This document shows positions 28,683 through 37,062 of a stretch of 64,000 nucleotides of DNA, one piece after another. Positions within the stretch are counted from its first letter, which is position 1. Each line of letters begins with the position of its first letter. The stretch lies in contig CAYUQY010000001.1 in NCBI GenBank assembly GCA_964447075.1, forward strand, positions 41,202 to 105,201. Reading direction: 5' to 3'. Below the pieces are notes generated by a model. The model made no database searches, was not told the DNA's origin, and was given only the letters and a program-made list of their open reading frames with translations. Both the position numbers and the translations under genes were made by a program. This stretch comes from an uncultured Pseudomonadales bacterium (lineage in GTDB: Bacteria > Patescibacteriota > Microgenomatia > UBA1400 > PJMF01).

Positions 28683-30449
28683 TCACCAAATCCTCTTCTC
28701 CACCACTTCTTTTTTAACCTTCTCAATCCATTCGGTGATCGCCCAGAGTCCGTCGTCTTTTCGACCTCTACGCCTGACAGACATGGTTTCATCGGCTTCT
28801 TCGCGCTTTCCGACGACGACAATGTAAGGGATCTTTTGGGCTTCGGCTTTGCGGATGCGGTTCTGCATGCTTTCGGCTTCATTCCAGTTCTCGACTCTCA
28901 GACCAGCAGCCTTGAGTTTGCCTAAAATACTGTGGGCGTACTTATCTTGATCCTGGCTAATGGGCACGATAGCCACTTGGAGTGGTGAGAGCCAGAGTGG
29001 GAAGGCTCCGCCGTAGTGTTCGATGAGGAAGCCCATGATGCGCTCGATAGCGCCAATTGAGGAGCGGTGGATGACGATGGGCTCTTTTTCTGTTCCGTCT
29101 TGGTCGACGTACTTCAGACCGAAACGCTTGGGCATGACGAAGTCATACTGGACGGTGAAGGCAGTGTCTTCTTTACCAGAAATATTTTTCATCTGGACAT
29201 CGATCTTGGGACCATAGAAAGCAGCTTCATCAGCGGCTTCAAAAAAGTTGGCTTTACGAGACTGGAGAGCTTTTCTGAGAACCTCTTCTGCCCCATCCCA
29301 AGCTTTGTCGTCTTTGAAGTATTTTTTAGCATCGCTTCTGTTGCCTAGTGAAAGTCTAAATCGATAGTTTTCACCTGTCTTGAGTCCAAATACGGCCGCT
29401 GCGTCTTCGATGAGGTCTAAGACGTTGTGGATTTCTTTGGCTGCCATCTCTTTGGTGGCGATGATGTGTGCGTCGGCCAGGCAAAAAGAGCGTACTCTCA
29501 TCAGACCCGTGAGCTCACCAGACTTTTCGTAGCGATAGAGCTGGGCTAGCTCGGCTATGCGCATGGGCAGCTCTTTGTAGCTATGTGGTGAGGACTTATA
29601 GAGCTCGAAGTGGTGAGGGCAGGTCATGGGTCGCAGCATGAACTCTTCCTCATCGATCTTGATGGGAGCGTACATGGTGTCTTTGTAGTAGGGGTAGTGT
29701 CCTGAGGTGCGGTAGAGATCGACTTTGGCTAGGTCGGGCGTGTAGACGTGTAAGTAGCCCCTCTTGACCTCTTCAGCTACGATGTACTGCTCGATTTCTC
29801 GGCGGATGATAGAGCCCTTGGGAGTCCAAAGAGGTAGTCCTTTGCCCACTAGATCAGAGAAGACAAAAAGACCTAGTTCTGCCCCTAGCTTGCGATGATC
29901 TCGATTCTTGGCGTCTTCCAAGGCTAGGAGGTGGGCATCTAGTTCTTCTTGTGTGAAAAAGGCAGTTCCGTAGATACGAGTTAGCATTTTATTCTTTTCG
30001 CTACCTCGCCAATATGCTCCAGCTATCGACTGAAGTTTGAAGTGTTTTAGTTCTTTGGAGGGATTTTCTACATGTCCCATTTTGCAGAGATCTAAGAAAT
30101 TTCCTGGGTCGTTGGTGGTTAGTTTTTTGCCTTCAGTGGCAAACTCTTCAGCTAACTCAAGCTTGTAGGGATTATGGGCAAACAGTTTTTTTGCCTCATC
30201 GAGTGTGACTTGCTGAAAAGTAAAATGCTTCCAACTTGGCAAAATTTTCTTCATCTCTGCTTCGATTTTGGCAAGATCTTCATCTGCAATCCTTACATCT
30301 CCCAGATCAAAATCTTGGTAGAAGCCATTCTCTATCGATGGTCCGATGGCGTTGTGTGAGCCCGGCCAAAGTGTCAGTACTGCCTTAGCTAAGAGATGGG
30401 CGCAGGAGTGGCGTAAAGCAGCTAATTCATCGAGTAATTGTTGAGACAT
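28683..30449 (-). CDS. thrS: Threonine--tRNA ligase (no N-terminal TGS domain)
   Basis: LRHSCAHLLA, RDHRKLG, RPMTCPHH, AAFYGPKID, IHRSSIGAIER. Confidence 0.98.
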   Translation of the reverse strand: MSQQLLDELAALRHSCAHLLAKAVLTLWPGSHNAIGPSIENGFYQDFDLGDVRIADEDLAKIEAEMKKILPSWKHFTFQQVTLDEAKKLFAHNPYKLELAEEFATEGKKLTTNDPGNFLDLCKMGHVENPSKELKHFKLQSIAGAYWRGSEKNKMLTRIYGTAFFTQEELDAHLLALEDAKNRDHRKLGAELGLFVFSDLVGKGLPLWTPKGSIIRREIEQYIVAEEVKRGYLHVYTPDLAKVDLYRTSGHYPYYKDTMYAPIKIDEEEFMLRPMTCPHHFELYKSSPHSYKELPMRIAELAQLYRYEKSGELTGLMRVRSFCLADAHIIATKEMAAKEIHNVLDLIEDAAAVFGLKTGENYRFRLSLGNRSDAKKYFKDDKAWDGAEEVLRKALQSRKANFFEAADEAAFYGPKIDVQMKNISGKEDTAFTVQYDFVMPKRFGLKYVDQDGTEKEPIVIHRSSIGAIERIMGFLIEHYGGAFPLWLSPLQVAIVPISQDQDKYAHSILGKLKAAGLRVENWNEAESMQNRIRKAEAQKIPYIVVVGKREEADETMSVRRRGRKDDGLWAITEWIEKVKKEVVEKRIW

Positions 30450-30533
30450 AATTGATCGTCATCTTACGTCCAGGGTGGCCAAACCGCAAGTGGTGAGATA
30501 CAATACTGCTTCGGGATTTTAACTTATATATAT

Positions 30534-30607
30534 GGACTCTTAGCTCAGTTGGTTAGAGCGTTGCATTGACATTGCAAAGGTCACTGGTTCGAGTCCAGTA
30601 GGGTCCA
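30534..30607 (+). tRNA. tRNA-Val(GAC), no encoded CCA
   Basis: GGACTCT/AGGGTCC acceptor stem, TTGCA-TTGACAT-TGCAA anticodon arm, GGTTCGAGTCC T-loop. Confidence 0.95.
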
Positions 30608-30608
30608 C

Positions 30609-31205
30609 ATGTTTGACAGCTTTTTATCTGTACTATTTCAGTTATTTCCAGTTCCTAGTTCTCCTCTAGATTTGTTTTTCACAGGCTTAGTGTTTTTCAT
30701 TTTACTTATGTTTTTGTACTTATTTGTTTTTAAGTCGCTGGAGCTTGCTCCAAGCCATGACGAAGCGATCAAAAAGCTGCCTAAGTGGATGAGAGTGCTA
30801 GAGCTGCCAGTAGTGGCTGCGTTTGTGATGAGTATGATCTTAGTTTTGACTTATGCTGCTGTTCTTTTTTTCATTTATGTTTTGGATACCCTTGGGTACA
30901 GTGTATTTATTATCTTTTCAGTTTCAAATTTTATATCTGCTTTACATGACGTACTTGTAATTATTTTATCTGACTTGATTACTACTAGCAAATATAGAGG
31001 AGCACTGAATTTTTATATGTATGCTCTGATGCCTATTACATTTCCTCTGATTGTGAGCACCATAATCAACTCTTTTACTCTGAAAAAATTAGGCCGAGTC
31101 ATGACTTGGCGCGAGACTGCTCGGATTTTTGTGATGGGGGCTGTAGTGATGTTGTTGATGGGTTTAGTTTTTTCAAACTGGGTTGCAAGTACGGATTGGA
31201 ATTAA
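30609..31205 (+). CDS. Hypothetical multi-TM membrane protein
   Basis: 198-aa ORF with about 5 hydrophobic helices. Confidence 0.65.
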   Translation: MFDSFLSVLFQLFPVPSSPLDLFFTGLVFFILLMFLYLFVFKSLELAPSHDEAIKKLPKWMRVLELPVVAAFVMSMILVLTYAAVLFFIYVLDTLGYSVFIIFSVSNFISALHDVLVIILSDLITTSKYRGALNFYMYALMPITFPLIVSTIINSFTLKKLGRVMTWRETARIFVMGAVVMLLMGLVFSNWVASTDWN

Positions 31206-31220
31206 GCATCTAGTTGCCAT

Positions 31221-31502
31221 ATGCCCATCACTCCTTACCACTTTGGACCGAGTGCTTTGGTCTCGCTACCTCTTCAAAAATATCTGAACGCACCTATCTT
31301 TATTTTGGCCAATGTGATGATCGACATCGAGCCGTTGATAGTCATGGTGTTTAACTTGCCATATCCCCTACACGGTTTTACACACACTTTGCTCCAAAAC
31401 CCACTTTACCATCTAGTGTCAACATCAGATCTTTATTTCTACTGCCTTTTAAGCTTTATCCCAATGGTTCTCATATATCTCAGAAAAGCCAAAAGTAATT
31501 AA
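31221..31502 (+). pseudogene. Internally deleted membrane metal-dependent hydrolase-like gene
   Basis: MPITPYHFGP...DIEP...LHGFTHTLL joined directly to the C-terminal NPLY segment. The central TM/SHxxxD part expected in this family is absent (93 aa). Confidence 0.55.
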
Positions 31503-31565
31503 ATCAGCATCTTCTCTTAGGCTAGAAAGAAAAAAGAGTCTCTGGTCTGCTACAATTAAATCACT

Positions 31566-32870
31566 ATGGAAAATCAATCTAATTTTTCTGAGTCTGGTAC
31601 TTACCCAACTGATGTATCAGCCTCAAGCGCTAATCCTGTGTCTAATCATCCAGTTCCAAGTTATCCTCAGCCACAAGTAGCTCAAGTTAGCTCAAAATCA
31701 AACTTAAATATTTTAGTGATTTGCTTAGTTTTTCTTGGTATAGCCTTAGTCGGTTTTGGCGGTTATTACTTTGGCACCTTGAGCACACTCAAACCTTCTG
31801 TAGCTGATCAAGGACGGTCTGCTAACTTGACAGGAGCACAGCCTTCTGCTCAGCTTGAGTCATCCACATCATCTGATTTGACAGCAGATGGAACATCAGA
31901 TTGGCAAGTATTTACTGGTAATGGCTTCACTATGAAGCATCCAAGCAATTGGCTTTCAATTAAGAATCCTGGCAGCTTAGAGAATGATCTAAAAGGTGAG
32001 TGTCAGACTATCAGAATATCTTCGAGTGATGCTATTCAAAGAGAGTTAAGTCTTGCTGAGTATGTGATGCAGGTGGCGAATCTTAACTCTACACAAGCCG
32101 CTCAAGCATTGATGGTTGCTAATGAAAAAGATACAAATCTATCTGTAAAGTTTGACAATATTTCTGCTAGAGACATAGCAATCTTGGGCGTAGAAAACAT
32201 GGGAGATGGAGCGTGGAATGTTGTTGTGATTAGGGGTCCGGAAGGCAAAGGTTATTATAAAATTGAGGTGTTAAATAGTGTTGATAAAAATGAAAAGCCA
32301 GTGAAGTGTTCTGGTGAAAAAGCTGAGGAGTATAAAAAAATCCTTCAGACTTTCAGATTTAATTCAGAAATTTTAATTTTAGAAGGAGGATCGACTGGGT
32401 CAAAACCATCCAACGAGATGGTCAGATATGGCAGCTCTGAAGCAGGAATTTACTTCACTCTTCCAAAAGGTTGGGTCCAGCTTGGTTCTGGAGATGGTGG
32501 TCTTAGTTTTTCATTAAAGCCAGCCAGTAATCTCAATCTTCGTGTAGATAGAGGCAAATTCATATTAGATCAACCGCTTTCCCCATTATCTAACGCTTTC
32601 TCTATAAAAATAGGACAGAATCCTGGAGGTAATAAAAATAATATTAAGTTGGAGGACTTGAATGTGGATGGATATCCTGCAGTACTTATATCAATGGATA
32701 GTTTAGATTCAGTGCAAGAGCCACCTGGATTTCAGTATGTGTATGCAGTTAAGCGAAATTCTGACCTCTATTCATTCACTTTCTGGCAACAAGGAACTGA
32801 CTCTAAAGCAAACTTGATTAAAAGTAAATTCCTATTTGATTCAATTCTTTCGACTGCAAAACTCGAGTGA
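31566..32870 (+). CDS. Single-TM extracytoplasmic protein with two PsbP/Mog1-like domains
   Basis: TM ILVICLVFLGIALVGFGGYYFG; repeats GFTMKHPSNW...KILQTFRF and GIYFTLPKGW...SILSTAKL. Confidence 0.65.
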   Translation: MENQSNFSESGTYPTDVSASSANPVSNHPVPSYPQPQVAQVSSKSNLNILVICLVFLGIALVGFGGYYFGTLSTLKPSVADQGRSANLTGAQPSAQLESSTSSDLTADGTSDWQVFTGNGFTMKHPSNWLSIKNPGSLENDLKGECQTIRISSSDAIQRELSLAEYVMQVANLNSTQAAQALMVANEKDTNLSVKFDNISARDIAILGVENMGDGAWNVVVIRGPEGKGYYKIEVLNSVDKNEKPVKCSGEKAEEYKKILQTFRFNSEILILEGGSTGSKPSNEMVRYGSSEAGIYFTLPKGWVQLGSGDGGLSFSLKPASNLNLRVDRGKFILDQPLSPLSNAFSIKIGQNPGGNKNNIKLEDLNVDGYPAVLISMDSLDSVQEPPGFQYVYAVKRNSDLYSFTFWQQGTDSKANLIKSKFLFDSILSTAKLE

Positions 32871-32910
32871 TCAGGTAAAAACTTTAGTTATTGTTGGAGT
32901 CGATTGAAAT

Positions 32911-33660
32911 CTAGCCAATCTCCCCCACCAGCGCGCAGTGGTCGCTGAGGCCGTCGATTGCTCTGACATTTTTTATCACCACATTTGGTCTAGAAAACAT
33001 GCCGTCCACCACCAGTTGAAGTCCTGGCATGCGATGGAGATTCTGATCAAGAGTAGTTGTCACTTCTGGTGGAATATTGTCGCGAAATCTTTTCGAAAGC
33101 TGTCCAAAGATCTCACCACCTCGTGGCGCATTGAAGTCTGCACACAGGATATCTGGCTTGACTTCATCTAGAAGTTTGCTGAGACTGATGAAGTCTCGTC
33201 TTTGCAGGTCATTAATCCCACCTCCGGGAGCCCAGGTAAAGTGAGTGGTGGCTACTCTCAATTTTTTATGATTGTCTGATGATGTGGGAATATCTGCCCA
33301 GACTAAAGTTCTCCAGCCTGAGTTGGGCCCGTACATGACAGGATCAATATTTTCTTTGAGGTAAAAACGATCTGAAAAAATAGCAGTTTGGGTAAACGTA
33401 TCTTGACTGACAAGAGATCTTTTCACAAATAAAGCCACCCCATACCACCCAGGAGGATTGCCCACAAACTTGCCCGATTCTACGACTTTGATCATGGGTG
33501 AAAAGTGCCCTAGTGATTCTAGGAGTCCTTCGACTGTGGTCAGCTCTCTTTGGGGGAACTCCTGGCAGCATAAAACGTCAGGTTGCTCATGAGACAGCCA
33601 AGGTGCAATGAGAGTTTGAAAATGTTTGAGGCCTTCAAAGTTGAGCGAGACTATTTTCAT
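32911..33660 (-). CDS. Endonuclease/exonuclease/phosphatase family protein
   Basis: SLN, LCCQE, ATTHF, ADFN, SDH motifs. Confidence 0.88.
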   Translation of the reverse strand: MKIVSLNFEGLKHFQTLIAPWLSHEQPDVLCCQEFPQRELTTVEGLLESLGHFSPMIKVVESGKFVGNPPGWYGVALFVKRSLVSQDTFTQTAIFSDRFYLKENIDPVMYGPNSGWRTLVWADIPTSSDNHKKLRVATTHFTWAPGGGINDLQRRDFISLSKLLDEVKPDILCADFNAPRGGEIFGQLSKRFRDNIPPEVTTTLDQNLHRMPGLQLVVDGMFSRPNVVIKNVRAIDGLSDHCALVGEIG

Positions 33661-33673
33661 GATAGTGATGATA

Positions 33674-33699
33674 CTGGATTCCCGCCTTCGTGGGAATGA
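33674..33699. repeat. REP-like palindromic element
   Basis: CTGGATTCCCGCCTTCGTGGGAATGA matches the widespread GGATTCCCGCCTTCGCGGGAATGAC hairpin family. Confidence 0.7.
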
Positions 33700-33701
33700 A
33701 G

Positions 33702-34385
33702 TTATCCAGCACCCTGAGAACCGAAAACATTCTCATCGCGGAAGCTATTCCAAACGGCGGCAGTTTCCTCGTAGCCTTTGACGTTTTGGTCAAGAGATAA
33801 GAGTCCTTGCTTACGCTTTTTCTTCGACTTAATCTGAGTGGCCCAAGTCTGAGCAGCATGAATTTGTTGTCTCAGAAGCTGTATCCACTCTCTTAATTTT
33901 TGGAAAAAGGTTCTAGTACCTGTGCCTTCTTGTCCAGGATTGACTACTGCCTGAAAGGTAACGATATCGATCTCTTTGTTAAAAGCAGCTATCTCTTGTG
34001 CAAGAGCCTGGAGCTCATAGCGCGTTTTCTCTAGCTCTTCTCGCACTTGACGCTCGCGAGCGTTGAAGACGTCTCTAGCATCGACTGGATTGATCTGACG
34101 ATGCAGTTCAAGTCGTCTAGATTTGAGCTGCTCTGCCTTTCGAGCCTTTTCTAGTTGTTGCTGCTGATCAAAGATATCGGTAGGTTTTTGCTCAAATGGG
34201 TCATACTGACCACCGGACTGATTCATGAGCTTGGAGAGATTAGGGTCAAGGCCACTTGAGTTCTCAAGCTGGTCATTATGGGATGGCCCACCAGATCTGG
34301 CTTCAGCAAGTGCCCTAGCAAAAGGATTAACAGCTCCTGGTGTAGAAGAGCTAGGAAATGATGAAGTAGTGTGGTTTGCAGGCAT
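33702..34385 (-). CDS. DUF5660-like coiled-coil protein
   Basis: PGQEGTGTRTFFQKLREWI..AQTW..KSKKK pattern recalled from CPR DUF5660 proteins. Confidence 0.6.
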   Translation of the reverse strand: MPANHTTSSFPSSSTPGAVNPFARALAEARSGGPSHNDQLENSSGLDPNLSKLMNQSGGQYDPFEQKPTDIFDQQQQLEKARKAEQLKSRRLELHRQINPVDARDVFNARERQVREELEKTRYELQALAQEIAAFNKEIDIVTFQAVVNPGQEGTGTRTFFQKLREWIQLLRQQIHAAQTWATQIKSKKKRKQGLLSLDQNVKGYEETAAVWNSFRDENVFGSQGAG

Positions 34386-34474
34386 GTATTTTTACAGGAT
34401 TTACGCAGAGTTTGGCTTGGAGTTCAATAACTTTAATCAGGTAGGTGTCTCTCCATGAGGATTAATGCGTATCT

Positions 34475-34512
34475 GAGCCTATTATTATAGGCTCTTTTAG
34501 CCAATAAGTCAA
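34475..34512 (-). promoter_or_regulatory. Consensus promoter with an overlapping palindrome
   Basis: TTGACT-N17-TATAAT; inverted repeat GAGCCTAT-N4-ATAGGCTC spans the -10. Confidence 0.65.
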
Positions 34513-34581
34513 GTTACTTCAAAGAGATACAAAAAATTCTACCCTGGCAAAACCCTGATCAGTCCGATTATACGATACTTT

Positions 34582-35499
34582 CTAGATGGCTAGGAGGTAG
34601 TTTAAGACCTTTTGCTTGAGCTGAGTAGAAAAGACGTAAGAGCGTATATTTTGATTTTGTTTTTGTTCTGGGCTCAATTTTTGTTCAAAATCTTGATCAA
34701 GTAGCTTGTCAACTTCATCATCGGTGACAGTTATTTTTTGATCTAAAGCAATCTGAGCCATCAAAAACTCAAGCTGAAGTGTGGTTAGGGCTAAGCCGGT
34801 GTACTCTCTCTGTAGCTCTTCAGCTGTCATGTTACGAGACTTGAGGTAGTTTTCTGCTGTGAGCTTAAGTTTTTCTAGCTGGCCTGAAAGTTTTTGGAGT
34901 TGATGAGTGACCTCCTGACGGATTAGGAGTTCTTGGATCTGAGGCTTGATGCTCTCGATCAGAGCCTGGAGCACGACTCTAGTTTTTATCTCATTGGGAT
35001 TTATGTCTAACTTAGGTGACGATGTATTTTTCTTCTCTAAGTCTGCTATCTCATGAGCTGCCTCTTTTAGAGCTTTCTTGGCCACATCTTGATACTTCCC
35101 AAGCTCGATGACCGGTCTGACGGCAAATGAGGCCTCAAACTCCCAATTTTCTCCAGCTTTCATCTTAAGAGGATTTATTTCTGGCTGTGTAAGTGGTAGA
35201 GACCCCGACTTTTTGAGTTCTTCCGCATAGACTGTGGGTAGCAAGACATCCAAAACTCGATTGTAGAGCTTTTCTGGATCGAGACTCTTTTCTGCTAAAG
35301 ATGGCGGAACTTTGCCGATCCTGAATCCATCCAACTTGACCAGCTTGGAGGCTTTAGAAAGCACTTGAGTGTATGTCTTTTGAACGATACTCCACTCCAG
35401 CTCAAAGGTAATAACTGTATTGGGAACGATGAGATTAGGTGCAGTTTTTTGCTCAGAGGTGTTTTTGGAAGGGCTTGAGTTCTTGGGGAGAGTAGTCAT
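34582..35499 (-). CDS. tig: Trigger factor lacking the PPIase domain
   Basis: LDGFRIGKVP ribosome-binding signature joined directly to the C-terminal helical domain; 305 aa. Confidence 0.88.
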   Translation of the reverse strand: MTTLPKNSSPSKNTSEQKTAPNLIVPNTVITFELEWSIVQKTYTQVLSKASKLVKLDGFRIGKVPPSLAEKSLDPEKLYNRVLDVLLPTVYAEELKKSGSLPLTQPEINPLKMKAGENWEFEASFAVRPVIELGKYQDVAKKALKEAAHEIADLEKKNTSSPKLDINPNEIKTRVVLQALIESIKPQIQELLIRQEVTHQLQKLSGQLEKLKLTAENYLKSRNMTAEELQREYTGLALTTLQLEFLMAQIALDQKITVTDDEVDKLLDQDFEQKLSPEQKQNQNIRSYVFSTQLKQKVLNYLLAI

Positions 35500-35565
35500 A
35501 GAACTTGGAATTATACATTATCAGAATTGAATATAGCGCGGACTACCTGTCTAGAGGTGGAAACA

Positions 35566-35600
35566 AAACCAAAAAACCCTCCCGTTGCCGGAAGGGTTTC
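35566..35600 (-). terminator. Intrinsic terminator after the RRM gene
   Basis: AAACCCTTCCG-GCAA-CGGGAGGGTTT followed by TTTGGTTTT. Confidence 0.85.
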
Positions 35601-35618
35601 TGTAAGTTTCAAAAAACT

Positions 35619-36014
35619 TTAGTAGCTACGTCGACTGCCACCACCACTGTGTCGGTCACTGCCACCTCTGTCACCACCTCTACTGTCACCACCGCCGCCG
35701 CCACGACTGTCGTAACGAGGTCGATCCTCGCGAGGTCGGGGAGGTTGAGCGACGTTGACCACGATGGCACGGCCATCGATCTCTTGGTTGTTGAGAGCTT
35801 CAACAGCCTTGTTGGCCTCATCAGCTGTGGACATGGTTACAAAACCAAATCCTTTTGAACGACCGGTAAAACGGTCGGTCATCACGATACAGTCTACGAC
35901 TGTGCCGTGTTGAGCAAAAAGCTCTTGGAGATCTTCTGTGCGAAGATTCCAACTAAGATTACCTACAAATAACTTGGCCGGGTTAACCGCCATTTGATTG
36001 GATGAAGTATCCAT
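35619..36014 (-). CDS. RRM RNA-binding protein with Gly/Arg-rich tail
   Basis: RNP2 LFVGNL, RNP1 KGFGFVTM; AGAGGAG SD. Confidence 0.95.
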   Translation of the reverse strand: MDTSSNQMAVNPAKLFVGNLSWNLRTEDLQELFAQHGTVVDCIVMTDRFTGRSKGFGFVTMSTADEANKAVEALNNQEIDGRAIVVNVAQPPRPREDRPRYDSRGGGGGDSRGGDRGGSDRHSGGGSRRSY

Positions 36015-36184
36015 ACTTCTCCTCTTTCTCTAAGTTCACTTACTTGCTCCTGAGCGGACAGATATCTCTCACTTACTTGAAGAAGAGTCATTGCCATCAT
36101 CACAAAAGTGAAACACACGAGAACTGATAAATAACTCCTGTATTATATGTGAGGGCTATTTAAAATGATATACTCACTTTGATT

Positions 36185-37000
36185 ATGACCTTACTTCATC
36201 ATGTTGATGACTACGCAGCTGGAGGACTTGAGTTTGGGGAGATTACTCAGCGCCTGGTTCTGAACTTAGCTAACCCTAGTGAGGTGGTGATTCAAGGCAC
36301 TTCTGTACCCCCACTAGATACTATGGCTCTAGGATTTGTGACAGCACAGTATGCTCTTGCTCCAAAGCCAGAGCATCTCATGGTCTATGGTAACTGTGCC
36401 CCACGTCGATCTCAGGATAAAGCCCACAAGGATAATTTTGATCAAGGCATCAAGTACGTTAAGCTCACAAATGGAGCTGAGATTGTCAATGTTTACTCCG
36501 AGTTTGCCTTTGGTTTTGTCAAAAGTGAGATTGCGGAGTTTCGTGAAATTGAGTGTCCTAGCAGAGGCTCTCAGTTCCGCTCGCGTGATTTTTTCCCTGA
36601 GAGAGTAGCTAAGCTGATCAATGGAGACTACTCCATTCTGGGTAAAAAGCTAGACGTCTCGCTCATTCCAGATATCCCATCAGGACTTGTAGCCTGGACT
36701 GATGGTTTTGGCAACATCAAGACTACTACCAGACTTTCTCATCTAGAAGCTGAAGGTTTCAAGATGGGCCAAAAGGTACAGGTGATTCTTAATGGCGTGA
36801 GCATGTTGGGCGTGATTGCATTGGGTGGTTTTACGGTCGATCGTGGAGTCTTGGCAGTGAACGCCGGCTCATCAGGTTTTGAGGATCCTTTTATTGAGTT
36901 TTTCTTGCGCGTGCATCACATGAGTGAGAAAACAGCAGCCGTACGGTTTGATTATCCAGTTGGAGCTACACCATTTGAGATCAAGAGGCTGGAGATTTGA
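36185..37000 (+). CDS. SAM-dependent adenosyltransferase family protein (fluorinase/chlorinase/DUF62 hydrolase superfamily)
   Basis: N-terminal DDY, SQFRSRDFF (cf. TFHGRDIF), WTDGFGNIKT (cf. IDHFGNIIT). Confidence 0.75.
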   Translation: MTLLHHVDDYAAGGLEFGEITQRLVLNLANPSEVVIQGTSVPPLDTMALGFVTAQYALAPKPEHLMVYGNCAPRRSQDKAHKDNFDQGIKYVKLTNGAEIVNVYSEFAFGFVKSEIAEFREIECPSRGSQFRSRDFFPERVAKLINGDYSILGKKLDVSLIPDIPSGLVAWTDGFGNIKTTTRLSHLEAEGFKMGQKVQVILNGVSMLGVIALGGFTVDRGVLAVNAGSSGFEDPFIEFFLRVHHMSEKTAAVRFDYPVGATPFEIKRLEI

Positions 37001-37062
37001 GCTTTTTTACTTGTATTTTGTAAATTATCATAAAGCACCAATCGGCATTAGGATTATTCATT

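Noticed and set aside
28610-28882. 90-aa ORF overlapping the thrS 3' end, and the many 60-160 aa ORFs antisense to or nested in housekeeping genes
   Set aside because: Shadow frames with no motifs or independent initiation signals
28683-30449. Possible mosaic thrS (3' part more GC-rich than 5' part)
   Set aside because: The difference is patchy in spot checks and could reflect codon bias; not supportable without a phylogeny
37001-37062. glmS ribozyme
   Set aside because: The gap is only 62 bp and a -10 sits 8 nt from the ATG
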